Source: Okamejei kenojei (lineage: Eukaryota). From it: a stretch of DNA of 64,000 nt. The position numbers and the translations under genes are program-made. Of this stretch, positions 28,601 to 43,600 are shown piece after piece. Position 1 is the stretch's first letter; the number at the start of each line of letters is the position of its first letter. Under the pieces are notes generated by a model that ran no database searches, was not told the DNA's origin, and saw only the letters and a program-made list of their open reading frames with translations. Location: positions 17,918,001-17,982,000 of the forward strand of contig CM069162.1 in the NCBI GenBank assembly GCA_035221665.1, read 5' to 3'.

Positions 28601-31600
28601 ACAAATCTTTCAAATGTGGCATGTGGTTCTGCGTCCTCCACACCTTTCCAGAAAGGTCTCGACCCTAAATGTTTTTGTTGTAAACCAGTATCTGAAGTTC
28701 CTTCCGACACATATTTTTGACACTCATTTTGTCTAACCTTTTCTTGATGTGGTGCAAGGTCATTGACCTGAAATATTACTAATTTTCTCTCTCCACCTGC
28801 TGCCAGAGCTGCTGAATATTTTCAGTTTCATTAATTAAAAATGACCTCCTAAACCAAGGACCACATAAGCCATGCCTTACCCTCAAATTCAAAGTTGCCT
28901 AAAGTACGAAGTGCAAGGGTTATGCATCCAACATCGCTTGCCTCAGGGATATTCATCAAGCTGGGGGAAGCAAGCTGTTGGGCTAAACTTTTGGGCATGC
29001 CTGGATGTCGAAGGGGTTTATGCATCAGCACCAGAGACAACATCTTCAGTAAGCCATCTTGAATATCCTTCTTCAGTTGTGGTATTTGTCGACTCAGATC
29101 ATGCAGTACAGCTGTCAAAGCAGGGCTTTAAAGCAGAAACAATTAAATTACTGGAATGGGCTTGAACACTGCAAGTGAATAAACAGATGCTGCCAAATGG
29201 CAAATAAAGACTGCAAATGTTGAATGATTTGATGGAGAGCCATCAAACCTAAAAAGGATAATTCCATTTCCCTAATTCCATAGATACAGTCTGATCTGCT
29301 GAGTATTTCCAGCATTTGCTGTTTTTATTTCAGATATCTCAACACATGCAGGTTTTGGATTTTCAATCCCAATGGTCAACATAGTTGCCGGCAGCTATTT
29401 TATACGTTAATAGCTATCAAGTAATAGGCACAAAATGCTGCACTAACTCAGCGGGACAGGCAGCATCTCTGGAGAGATCCGAAACGTCGCCCATTCATTC
29501 TCTCCAGAGTTGTTGCCTGTCCCGCTGAGTTATTCCAGCGTTTTGTGTCTATATTAGTTTTAAACCAGCATCTGCAGTTCCTTCCTACACAAGCTATCCA
29601 GTATCTGACTCCTTGGGTATTGATACTGTTTTCTCCCTATAATAATCAACACAAAAATCACCGGCTAAAAGCTTGCTAAATATTGTCTCTGGGTTGACCC
29701 TACACACTCAAATTGATCTGAGATCAAACGCATATCTTTAATCACCAAATATTGCTGTCAGATGTCTTTCATCATCTCCTATACATTTAACAGATTTTCC
29801 TTGGAACGCCACAGCCCAAAGTCCTCAAATATATAATTAGTATTCAAGTGATGAAAGTAACTTCACATAAGTTGTAATAACACAACTTGATGATTAAAAA
29901 TGACCTGAAAATGCCAAACTTGGATCAATTCAAATTAACATTTTCCAAGTAAATGAACAGTTACTGTATAAGTGATTCAGTACCTGAGTCCAACAGCAAG
30001 CATCTGCTCCAGTAGTTCCTTAATATCTTGCTGGATAACTGGTCCTATGGCTCTAGCTATCATACAGATACAAGTAAAAACAGTGGCGTCCACTTGAACA
30101 GCTTTTTGCCTCCTAGGAAAAATGAGCACAAATTAAGCTAGAAATTTAAATGTTATTTAAAATTGTTTTTTTAACCATATTCTTTTAAGCTAACGCAGAT
30201 GGAAATAACTAAATACATGACCATAGACATAAAGTTGGCTATTCATAGAAACATAAAAAATAGGCGCAGGAGTAGGCCATTCAGCCAAATCCTCAGCTCC
30301 ATGTTCCCACAATCTCTAAACCTCTATTTAGGTTTCAAAGGATCTTGAAATTTTTCATTTACACTTTGAGTTTCCAATATATTAAATATCAAAAAGGAAA
30401 CTGTCTAGAAATGTGTTGCTATTGACCAATGCATTGATAGAGACAAGAGAAAAAGACTCAAGGATGTGCTCAAAGCCTCATGAAGAAGTTCAACTTCTCC
30501 ATTGATCCTTCTAGCCCATATCTGCTCATAGTCACGAAAGAAACACAAACCAGTTCGCAAACCACCCACCACCTTCCCTATCAGTCACGGTTTGCCCTAT
30601 TTGCAGGAAAGTCTGCAGTTTTCACAGTGAACTCATTGGCCAACCTTGGTGTAAACCAGAGTGGAGGCAAGTCATTCTCAATCTCAAGGGGCTGCCTAAA
30701 ATGAAAGTTAAAAAAACATTTACAGATGCATTGCTTAGCCTTGGAATTGAGACCATGTGTGAGCCTATCCGTGAGACTTTATTTCCTTCTCAACCAAACA
30801 GATAGCAAAAATATAATGCTGTAGAATTTAAGTGAAATATTTGACACAAGCCAACTAATTCGACCCGCTATTACTTGTGTGCAAAGTCCTTTGGTGGGAG
30901 GGCTCCTTTTAAAATTTCCAGGATTTTTTGCAAGAATGGATTAATTTCCACTCTTACAGCCACCACGAGTAGACCCAAAGCTTGGAACGCAGCAGCACGC
31001 TCTTTTTCTTTCTTAAGACAGCCCATTAGATGGTTTACGGAGTCATAAAGATGTTGTTCTGCAAAAGTAAAAATGTACGTGGGTCAATAGTAAATATCCA
31101 AACCGCACTGTATGAAATAAAAATCATCTTACATTAAAATAAAATAATTGTTTTAATGAATATGTTATATTTACTAAGTGATTATTATGTTTTAAAAGAT
31201 AATACTCCCCTCCCTTTTCGAGTTTAATTAACCATTGGCAAGTCATGGACACAGAATCAACTCTTCCAAATTAACCACCAAGAAATATAGAATAACTGCT
31301 CAAATCAAACTGTTCTCGGATTTGTATCTCTTCCCCAGTATACACTTCCCCGTATCTTAACAGGAGGGACACATTACATTCTAGCTTCAACATCAGTGAA
31401 GCATATTCTTACAATTGTGTAGCATTGGGTTAAACCAGACTACCTGTCGAGACTAACTGAATGAGTTCCCGATTAGTATCATTTTTCCTGCTCTTCCTCT
31501 ATTGCCTTTCAATTGTTTTCATTTTAAACAGTGAATCAATTCCCTTTTGAAAGTAACTACTGGTTCTGCTTCCACTACCCCTTCAGACAAGACATTCCAA

Positions 31601-34600
31601 AATAGAAAACTTTCTGCCAATTTTCAGCCAAACTTTCAGCCATGCCGACCAAGCTGCCTAACCCAGCCCATTAGCCTATACCTGGCCCATATCTTTCCAA
31701 ATCCTTCCTATCCTGTCCCTTTCCAACTGACATTTAAATATTGTAATTCTACCTTCCTCTACCACTTCCTCTGGCAGCTTTTTCCACATATGCAACACAC
31801 TCTTTGCCCCTCAGATCCTTTTTAAATCTTCCCCCTCTCACCTTGAACCCATGTCCTCTAGTTTTAGACTTTCCTATCCTAGGGAAAAGATTGCAGCTAA
31901 TCATCTTATTTACATCCCCTGATGAATTTATAAATCTCTATAAGATCACTGCTCAGTCTCCTAAGCTCCAAGGAAATGAGACCCAGCCTATCCAATCATT
32001 TTACAACTCAAATCCTCCAAACCTACTATAACATCCTTTTGACTTTTTTTGTACTCTTTTCAGTTTAATGATATCCTTCCTGTAGCTGGGCAACCAGGAC
32101 TGTACACGGCATTCCAAATGTGGCTGAGCCAACGTCTTGTAAATGTAGCTGTGTTATCAATGCCGTTGCCGATGAAGGCAAGCCCACCAAACACCTTCTT
32201 CACCACCCTATCTACCTACGTCACTACTTCCATGGAGCTATGCACCGGCACCCCGGGATCTCTCTGTTGTACAACACTCCCCGGCACCCTACCATTTATT
32301 ATGCAAACCTGGCAAAAATACAACAGCTCAGTTGTCTGAATTAAACTCCATCTGCAATTCCTTGGCCCATTGATCCAGTTGATCAAGATCCCATTGTAAT
32401 CTTAGTTAACCATCTTCACTGTTCACTACATAAATGTAAATTGTTGTTGGTGTTATTATTGATTATAGGTTTACAATGAAAGCCTAAAGATTACCTCATT
32501 GAGATAATGATTAAGGAATGAATGGCATCAACTCCAAGTGCTCTGCCAACACTATAAAGAAAGATTCAAGTCGCAGATCAAGTATGGGCAGCTGTAGCAA
32601 CAGATGGTGTTACATTCTGATATGACCAACAAGTGACCCTATCGTTTTCTTTCAAGTTTCAACATTTCCAGCACTTTCACTAATACCATATACAGAAGAT
32701 CTCTGCCCAAAGTAACATGCAAAATATTGGAACAACTATCATTTTCACCTGGCTCACCTGTAAACAAGTGGGGCTGGAAAGCAGCAAGGCGAGGAATCAA
32801 GTTTAAGATTGCCATTTGAATGAGTGGATTTTTACTACTGCGATACTTCAGCACCCATCGAGTCACCTGCACAAAGATCATAGAACATGTAAAATTAATC
32901 CTCTCGATCTGAAGTTCAACTTATGCATAACCACATCTTCTGCTGATATTGGCCAAGTTGAAATCAAGACAAGATACAGAATACAATGAGTGTTATGAAA
33001 AGCAACTCTTCCTCATGACCAGATTCAATCCTCAAACTTTAGCATCAAACAAGACAGATTGTGTGTGGATGAGATCTGAAAGAATCTCAATGGAATAGTC
33101 AAGCATTGGCTCTGGTAGTCAAATTTTTGTAAAGAGGTTCGAAATCAGAGAAAAAAAAAGAAAATTGGAATAACGTTGCTCGCCTACTCAAGCAATGCAA
33201 AGCTTATTGCATCTTAACATATAATCAACCTCAATTAGCAAATGCAGAATAATGAGATTAATGGTAGAATGCAGCAATGCTTCAAGGTAAACTTGAAGAG
33301 TGTGGTTCTACAAAGTAAAATTACACAGCAGTGTACAAATGTCTTGACAAATTAAAAAGTTCTGGCACGCCCTTAGACCACACAATATAGTTGTTACAAG
33401 GAAATCTTCCGATCCAGAGATCAAAGATTAATTCTGTTGAATCCGAGTGGCATTTACCAGCATGTTGACGTATTGTTAAAAGCGCCATTATTGGTCTTTG
33501 AAGATAATCAGAGAATAATGTTCACACAATTTTAGGAAGGCTTTCTGTTGCTTTTAGATTAGTTGTCTGTGCTGTTACTCACACTGTACCACAGGTCCAA
33601 GTGTTGCAACACTTTGTACGTGACAATTATAATTCATGCAGAGGACAAACACTTTATACGGATGACAAGGCCAGTTCTCTACTAATTACATTATTTGACA
33701 CGTTTTCTGTAACCAATTTAGTTATGGTGTCACATATAGCTTTATGGAAAACTTTTTTTTTTAATAAACAAGACAAAAAGCCAAACCTCCTTAATCTCAT
33801 CAGATTTTGTAATATGTGGCCTTCCCTATTTGCTGCCAATGTGCCACAAAAATCAAATTTAAACTTGCTTGAATTATTCAAACAAAGGTGAAAATCAGAG
33901 CACAAAATAAAGCCCAGACCCCAATATTTAAGATTTTTTTTAAAAACAACATGTTTTTGTCAATTCATCTGAAATCTTGGAATAGAGAATGCTCAAAAGA
34001 TCATTTGAACCTATTCCGCACCAAAAAACAGACTAAAGCAGGTGGTCTATGACCTCCTTGTAGGTTAGAAGGAATGCTTACTATTTTTCAGAAATTAAAA
34101 ATAATAAATATCAAAAATCAATCATCAAGACACTGGTTAAACGCCTATCAATAAAGCTGTGTAAACACATTAAACTCGGAATTTGTCCTATTTTGGATCT
34201 CACGTTGGTTTAAAATGGTCCACTAAAGCACAGCAAAATAATAACATAGAAAATGTTGAAAACCTTTCCTATAATTACAGATGTCCTACATGCCCTGACT
34301 AGCATCTCAAGACTTCAACTTTTGAACCCGACACGAGTAGAATTGAAAGGCGGCACCCATGGAGTTTAAATTCAGGTTATGTATTTACTAATAACAAATA
34401 TGTAACCATCAGATTGCAATTTAATCTGGGCCACTGAAGTGTAAAGAGAAAATGCTGAAGATACTCAGCACTAGAAAGGAAACAAAAACTACTACTAAAT
34501 GTTTTACCCATCCCAACCAGTAAAATCATGTCAAATTTCGGTCCAGTATTTTGTTTTTATTTTAGGTTATCCAGCATCTGGAATTTCTTTAATGTTCTTA

Positions 34601-37600
34601 AGTAGGGGAAAAAAAAAATCTACATTCCTTACTGAATGCAATGCATATCGATCCCAGACCTGCCATTGTAACTGTCCAAGCTGCAAGATGCATGAATTCA
34701 GTTGGGAGGGCAGTTGACGATGAACAATAAATACCAGCCATGCTAGTAACGCCCATATCAGATGAATAGGTAGAAATCTACATTTTGTGAATCTATATCT
34801 CCCAATTTGTATTTATTTTCTACAATCATGAATGTCGATATTATTAATTGCTTCCTGTAAGTCTTACCAATGTCAAATAAAATTCAACTTATTCATTGAA
34901 TACTATTAAAAGATACTACGGATTTTTTTCCAACCCATCCCTTTCACTATACCCCAGTTTCTATACAGATAATGCAAATGATTATTTTTACAATACTATA
35001 TGACTATGGAGCAGTAGGAGGACACCTGGCCTGTTAAAAGTACACCGCCATTCAATAGGATTATGGCAGATCTTCCCACGTTTAGGCTATATCCCCGTTC
35101 TACCATTTTATCCCTTTGCTAATCTACCTACCTCTTCCCTGAAAATATTGCAAAGGATTTCTTCCACCATGATTTGAAGAAGTGTTAAAAGGATAATAAC
35201 ATCAGAGAACAAGACTAAATCTCGTCTCTGTTAAGTGGGGAACCCCTTATTTATCTTCACTTGACATAAGTGGGGTTGTTGCAATATCCAACCTCAAGAA
35301 CAGCCATTTTTCCAATTCTACCAAGATTTCAAGGTCACGGTCAGTTTATTGTCAGATGTACCAGTTAAGGTACAGTGAGATTCGATTTACCAAACAGCCA
35401 TAGGTAAAAAAAAAAGCAACAAGACACATCTACATGCTTTTAAAACTCTGTGTGTTTGTGTGTTTATGTCTGTCAGATTTGGCCTTTGATTCCATGGTTC
35501 GCCAAAACCGCATGCTCAAACTCCCAGAATGTTTCCATTTTGCTAGACATTACACTTTTACATTCAGGGATCCACTCCTCATTGCATTCAGACATTTTTA
35601 TGTACACATTTTTTAATAAAATCCTTCACCCCCCCCCCCCACACTCACTCATTTTGTGACATCCTGCTGGCCAGCCACCACAATGGCTGCTGCAGCCCAG
35701 TCTCCTCCAAAAACGCCGCAGTTTTCTTTCTTTCGCTGGCGATTTTTGTTGCTGCCGCCCAGCTTATTTCGGTGCCAATTTTACTTCCTTCTCTCCCCCC
35801 CTGGCCCGGCTCGGCTCTATCACGCTGGCTCAAGCCAAAGATCGCCTCTTCCACCACTGCTTTTCGCCGTGCTCCGAAATACAGCGGGAGAACAATCTTT
35901 GCCTTGAGCCAGCGTGACAGAGCCGGCGCGTTAACGGCCTGTCAGCCAGAGGGAAGGCAGGGACAACTTCCAATCCAGCAGCAGAGTGGCTCCATTAATG
36001 GATTCATTCCACAGTGAGTTTAGTTCGGTAACAACCGCCCCCCCCCCCGTACTCTGGGTCTGAAGCAGTAACTACTCTAGTAACTACATAAGAGTTAACA
36101 TAAACATCCACCATAGCGGAATCTCCACATTCCTCACTGTGATGGAAGGCAATAAAGTCTAATCTTCTTCCTATTTTTCAAAATTTACTGATTTTTAGTT
36201 TCTAAAACTATTTATTTTAAAACCAAAATTCAAGTGTGTCGACTTTAAAAGTAACAAATACAAAATTCAGATTCTACTGACAGAGATAAATTACATTTTA
36301 TGACCTGAATGATGAAGGAAGCCGACTGAACAGTAACATTTCAAACAAAATTGAGTAAATATTTGAAAGAAAATAAACGACAGGAATTTGGGGAAACCAC
36401 AAAGGTTTAGGGCTAATTGGATACCTTTCTCAAACAAATACGACAAGGAAAATAATTTAACTATCCTTCAGACCTCTTAGTCTGTACTTATGAACACTAC
36501 TAGCCACATAGCAGGTAAATTTCCATCTTCAATCAAATAAATTACCGAGCAAAACCAAAAGTGCCATAAAGGCTGCAAAATGACTGACTGTAAGTTGGTA
36601 TGGGTCTATACAAAACCACGTTTCCACTGGTCAATTTGTTGCACTGAGATTACAGTCACATAACAGACAATGCCAATAATACACAATAACAGCTAACATT
36701 TACCTGTTCAAATCGCACTTCCATATGCTCACGGCAGTATCGACTTTCCACCAAGGTTGGCTTGGTGGGAGCAGGAGTAGTTCCAAACACCGAGATGCCT
36801 TGGGGTGTGTTATACCCCAGAAGCCCGAGAAGTGCATTTGATTGTTGGGGCTGCACAGACTGAAAACTTGTGAAGGATGTAATATGCCGGGGCTTAGCTC
36901 CAAATCCCATCAGCTCCTTGCAGTATTTATCGTGTACTAATTGCTGCTGAGTGATATCCTCCATCTCCTCTCGCAAGCGCTTTGATCAAAGAAATAAAAT
37001 CAATAAATTAAGGCAGAAAGAGGCAACATTTCTTTCAACGTGGAAACAACCGGTTTTTCGGCCGAAGTTCAAAAGCAAATGAGAAACATCTTAAATGGGT
37101 TACGACCTAGCCAGCTATTTATCCCCTCTAAGGTCACAATCTTTATCAATGACAGAGACGCAAGAAGCAAAATTCCCCTTGCTCCCATTTCTTATGTAAG
37201 GTGATCCTTCTGAAACAGAAAATGTTTTTTTTTTTAAGATACAAAATTAAAATAATTGTTATTGGAATCATGAAATAAAAATCATTGCTAAACATGCCAA
37301 TAATATTGGAGGGTCTTCCCTCCACAGATGCTGCCTGCACTATGTTTTTTGCTCTTGGTTCCAGCATCTGCAGTGTCTTGCATCGCCATTAATATTGATC
37401 ATGCTATAATCTTAAATGCCCAGTAGGATAGCAAACATTATCAATGTTTGGGTGTTTGGGGTTATGGGGAGAAAGCAGGAGAATGGGGTTAAGAGGGAGA
37501 GATAGATAAGCCATGACTGAATGGCAGACTAGACTTGATGGGCCAAATGGCTAATTCTGCTCCTCTCATTTATGAACCTATGTAACATATGAGCAATGCT

Positions 37601-40600
37601 ATGACTGTATATTTTTGATTTTGCAAAAATAAGTCATTAGGAATTGTTGATCTGATGACAAACACTCACTTTCTACAAAGTGGCAGTGGTAACAGTAGCT
37701 CAACCTACAAAAAAACTCTTACAAAGCACATGAAAACATTTCAGAATAAATATCCTCTCTTTCTAGCAGTACATTCTGTATTACATCACAAATCTAACCA
37801 GTAGGTCAAGACCACACAATGGATATATATTTTTGGTTAATTACAATAAATCCTGAACATACCTCTCCCTCCATGCTGCTTATACGAATCAGTTCATTTA
37901 GAATAAGCAAAGCCCCATGTATGCGATCATCACGATTCAAGCCTTTTTCTTTAGCCAGGGCCTCGTCAAATCCCTTCTCAGCCTCCTCAAAGGTTTGCTA
38001 GATACAAAACATCAAAACTTGTTTAAAAACCAACGCATCTTCAGGTTTTAAACAGCGAGCAACATTAATAGAATAAAAGTGAATTTTCACTTTACGATCA
38101 AATAAATAAGTGCTATTTTATTTTAGATCTATGCAAAATTACTAGATCATTACTATCAAAACCTAAAGTCTCCAATTGATGCTGGAATGGTGACATCAGA
38201 CATTCCCAAAGCCTGTACCATATGCATTGGAAAACTTCAGCAGCTGAGTAAAGATTTCCAGATCCGACTTTCAATCGCTTAAAGATGATTTCACATGGAG
38301 TTGAAAAAAATACTTAAAAAGAGGCAGGCATCCCTGTCTCCAACATAATTAGGGCTAAATTTTAGCATCCTTTTCAATGAACAATTGATAGCTTACTGCA
38401 ATCATCAAAGTTACTGGTTTGTACGTTGTTACGACTCACTGAGAAAACATACCGAGCCTTCAACAATTGGTTGTGACGAAGAAAGATTCTTTCATCTTCG
38501 TACTTGCCTTGTACCACTGGGGCTTTTGCATTTCTTTGGTCTCCCTTTGAGTGGTGAGAATCAGACAAGCCCGTAAGGCAGCAACGGCACCTTCTCTTAT
38601 GGCCTGTTTGGAATCCCAGACGGCAAAGAATATATTGTCAAAGAAAGCCTGCACTTGCTGGAAGAAGAAAGTAGGTGCGCTGACTGCCAACTCCCGCAAG
38701 ATCAGAACCTAGAATTTAAAGAAAACAAAGTTTCTCGGTTACTCTTAAAAAGCTTAATGTGCAGCCGGTGCAAAAGATAATAGGTATGCTTCAGTTGTTT
38801 TTCCAAGAAATATAGAGGTGAGAGCATTACCTTGGAATAAGATATTTTATTCTTAGACAAATAATTTCACATTATTTCATTGGACACTTCATAAAAGTAA
38901 ATCTTGTTTCTTTATAAATGAAAAAAATGACAAAAAAAAATATCATGGTGCAGTTTAAAAACAGCTTGGGAATATTTGGAACAGTTAGGGCGCAATTTTG
39001 TAAAATGGAACACATTATTTGAAGAAATAAATAATTCCGTAATAACAATCTTCCCAACCACAGACTTATGTCTCTGAATTTTACTGTAGGAAGTACAAAC
39101 AAAATATGTGCTTTTCTGCTGCAAACCCATACTGTATAATTCTACTATTCATAGAAACATAGAAAATACATGCAGGAGTAGGCCATTCAGCCCTTCGAGC
39201 CAGCATCGCCATTCAGTATGATCATGGCTGATCATCCAAAATCAGTACCCCGTTCCTGCTTTCTCCCCATATCCCGTGATTCTGTTAGCCCCAAGAGATA
39301 TATCTAACTCTTGTTCCCTTGGATCATTCAAAATTCCTATGATCGATCTAAAGAAATTACATAAACAATCATTTTTTGCATTTATCCATGAGGTGAATTA
39401 ATCATCTCATCAAGCATAAGTTTCATTCAGGGAAATATGCAAAATTAGGCCATCTGAGTTGGTGAGCTTGCTAATCATAACACCATCATAGTTGATTCTA
39501 CAGAGGGAGGACAGGAGTGGAATGCTGACAAATAAAATCAATTAAGCTTTTTGGAGCCAGAATGTCACCAATCCCTTGGCATGATTAAGGTCATTCGATA
39601 ATTTCAGGATTGAACGCTTTCAAAGCCAAATATATACTATCTAAACTCAACCGTCAAGAATAATGTACATAAACAAGGTGTCCAGAAACTGTCAGAACCG
39701 ATAAAACAATATCGCAATTTACATCATTACTTCAGGAGAAAAGTAGGAAGTCTGGAGCTAAAAGAAATAAATCTTCAAAAGTAATAATTAATGCTTTAAA
39801 AAATTAGGCCAATGGGCATTACCCAACATTAGCATAGAGATGTTCATGACAAACTTAGCTCTCAAAGAGTATAATCTAAATACCAGACTCATGTGCATAA
39901 ACTAGGTTGCCATATGAGAAGATTTTTATTGTCTAAGGGGCCATCTTTTGAGGGGGCATTACATTGAAATTTGCATGTTCTAATGGGTTAAATGTTACAT
40001 GATTGGCTTTGGCTCTTTAAGAAACAGAATTTTCCTTGTGTTGTCCAACTTTTCTTGCTCAGTAAAAGTACTGAAAAATGTTTTCATTGTTTGCTTAAAA
40101 AAATGGAAATCTGTAATATAAACAGAGTGCCAGAAACATTCAGCAAGTTGGTCAATAGCTGAGTGGGCAAGTAACTGAGATCTATCTGAGATCTGAAATT
40201 AACTAAGACTGTACTAATCCTAGCTGTACTAAACCGACCAATGCAACCTTTGCAATCTCAGCCCACAGGGATCTCAGTTGACAGCGTCTCCGACTTACAG
40301 AAACTTTGGATCACGGGCAGTTCTCGAACCTCTCATGTGATCTGCAGAGTGTCTATACATTAAAAAGAATGGATATCCTGATCAGAATTTTAGTGATTTA
40401 GATTTTCTGTGGTCTGGCACTTGTCGGTTTCATAGAGTAGACACAAAATGCTGGAGTAACTCAGCGAGACGGGCAGCATCTCTGGAGAGAAGAAATGGGT
40501 GACGTTTCGGGTCCCTAGCGTGTCAGTCTAGAGAATTTCAAGTTATAATTAATTGTATGGGAAGCACTTGGATGTTTCTGTCTGTTTCTATATTAAAGCA

Positions 40601-43600
40601 TGCCACTTTTTGGAAACTGGGCGTATATGACGTATAAATAAAGAAAACATCTCTTACCCAAACTAGCATATCAAAACCATGTAAGTCAATTCAAAATGAC
40701 AGCTTTGTGCAATAATCCAGAATGGAAATAACTTGTTCTGAAATACCCTGGGGTGATGCATTTTACAAAACAAGTATCTTTTGGAAAATTTTGGTGACAA
40801 TCGATAAGATGGTATGCTGATTTTGTGCTAACCAAGAGGGCTATTGTACAAGAATACTATAATTTGCTGTGATAATTAGTAAAATCTTCCTTATTTTTAC
40901 CCTATTGAATCACATGCTTGTTGCAATTAGAATGCACCAAATGGAAACAACCGGCTTCCTTGAACAAAAGGAAATGTTTAAAAACAAGAAAGGGTCAGCT
41001 TCCATCAACATCTTCTCGTAGCCAGATAAATAAATAGAAATAGACCAACTGCCTCTAAACCAAAGTAGTATTAGAATGGAGAAGAATTACTGCAAGTTGC
41101 AAAACCAGCTTTTACACAAGAAGCAGATTTACCAATAGGTTCCCTGTTTTGCTTCTGCAATCCCCCACCCACACGGAGAGGTTGGATCATATGTTTTTAA
41201 TACTTTCACCCTTTTGTAACTTTCACGTCGGTAAAACCAGTTGAAGGCAGCAATTACCGCAGCGTGACGCTTTCCTTCATTGCGGTCTGCCCCCAGCCAT
41301 TCCAGAGCACGTTTGACTTCAAACTCCACGTACTCAGCTGTGAAGGTATCACCAGCCATAGAAAGGCAGCCCATGGCTTTTGAAGCCATTTCCATTACAA
41401 CTGGGTCACTGGATGGGAATAGGTTCCGTAGGTAATTGGCAAACCGTGTAATTCGGGTCGCACTTCCTCCTTCAACCCCAATGAGACTTACTGCATTTGG
41501 ATTAAAAAACAATTTCACACATCAGATAACAGGATAAAAAGACTGATTATCACAGTAAACAAAGTAAAAAAGTTGAGAATAATATTTGTAGCTACAATCA
41601 TAAATAGATATCCTATCCACAAATTTAGAAATATTCAGACATATAAGCTTCAAGATACATTTCTGTGATTATCCATTCAAAAGAAAATAACCTTACATTC
41701 ATACATAATATAAAATTCCTCGTATTTCAATCCACTCTAAGCTTTTTGACAGTACCTCAAGATTAAAATAGGTACACAAACTAAAATAAAACAGATAATC
41801 TGCGATCCAACAATTCAGAAATGCTGATGGCTCAGCAACTGGTTCACCATGCAATCATTGTTCCCTTTCAACTCACTGGGGCCTCTGTTCCCCAGCGCCC
41901 CTTCAATTTACCAGGGCCCATGTTCCCTGCTCCCTTTAAACTCACAAGGGCCCCACGTCAGCTAATAGGGTTTAAGCTAATAGTGTTCACTGCAAAATGT
42001 ATTATATTACTGCATAAGATCTCTAAATATTGTGCATTAAATGTGTATTCAGGTATTAGAAGGATTAACGTCCACTGGTTCCCATAATCTGTCAGGTTGG
42101 TACCACCAAAGAGTGCCAGATTATCAGAATTCTAATGTACTTTCCAAGGAAACAAAAAGACAGTGCTACAAACTGCTCATTTCCCTGTCGCTATTAACTT
42201 TAAAAATATTCTTCACAACGTACTAATTAGAGCGAATACCATCCCACCACAGGGTATCCTGGAGTTAAAATGAGATACAACAAACTCTCGCATAGATTCT
42301 AAACACAGCCAGAAATGTTACAGCATAGTCTTTATTTCCACTTGTGCCAAGCCAACGTACCAATTGCCAGGATACCTCCCTTCCTCTCATTCACATCAGA
42401 ACTGGAAACCAGTTCAAAAATGTGATGGTTCAATTCATCATAGAATGAGGTGACTTCCTCTTGATTAACCTAAATAGGAACATATTAGTTGTTAAAACAT
42501 TGAAAACCTGTGCATGTCATTTTGATTAGCTTTAAAACATTTCTTAAATCTTCGCGTATAATTAATCACAAGATACCAGTTAATGCAAAGAATTTAAGGC
42601 AGACCAGCTGGCACTATAGGTTTAGTTTTTATCTCACTGTTTAATTGTTTACCCAGGAACAGGACATGATTGTGGGAGATCTGCTGCTTTGTACAAAAAT
42701 ACAAAGCAGCAGATTGTTCACTGGCAAAATAAAAACATAAAAACTGGGAGAACTAAAGAGCCCTGAAATATTTTATAGCCATCGTTTCTCAAAAAGGGAT
42801 CCAATACAAGTCCATTTGAAAGAATTTTCATTCTCTTTAAAAATGTGTTTTCCAAGAAAAAGAAACTTGGACTGGACACTGCCTGACTTTGCTGGCAGCT
42901 CTGCATGGAAATGATGGCAATTCTCAGCATAAATACAGGGAAGCTTCAGAAAACTGTGCGCATGGCAAATATACAGGCATCCCCAGTGATTTCAAAGCCG
43001 CAAGCAGTTCTTGTATTCCCAAGATAATCAACCTGCAGATAAGAGTTGTGTAGGAAGGAACTGCGGATTCTGGTTTACACTGAAGATATACACAAAAAGT
43101 CAGTGGGTCAGGCAGCAACTCTGGAGAAAAGGAATAGGTTTATATTTCGGGTCGAGAAAGGTCTGTAGAAGGGTCTTGACCCGAAATATCACCTATTCCT
43201 TATCTCCTGAGATGCTGCCTGACCTCCGAGTTACTCCAGCCTTTTGTATCTATCTTCGGCAGATAAGAGTAGCTGAGATACTCGACAATAAGGTGAGGAG
43301 TGGGCACTTGCAGGATCCATATGCGGATTCACTACAACGAATATTAGTCTCCAAATAAGGTAGGCGACCGACACATAACCTCAAGTATATATGATTTTAA
43401 TTATTTAAAAGGCTTGTATTTTGTCAATGTTTACTTATTCAGTAAAAAAGATTAGAAGAAAACAAAAAAAAGTGTTTTAATACACTTCTGTCAGGTCACC
43501 ATGAGATATATAAAATGTTGAGAGGCACAGTCCTTTCCTCAGAGCGGAAATGTCAAGTACTGGAGGGCATGGGTGGAAATGACAAGTACTAGAGGGCATA

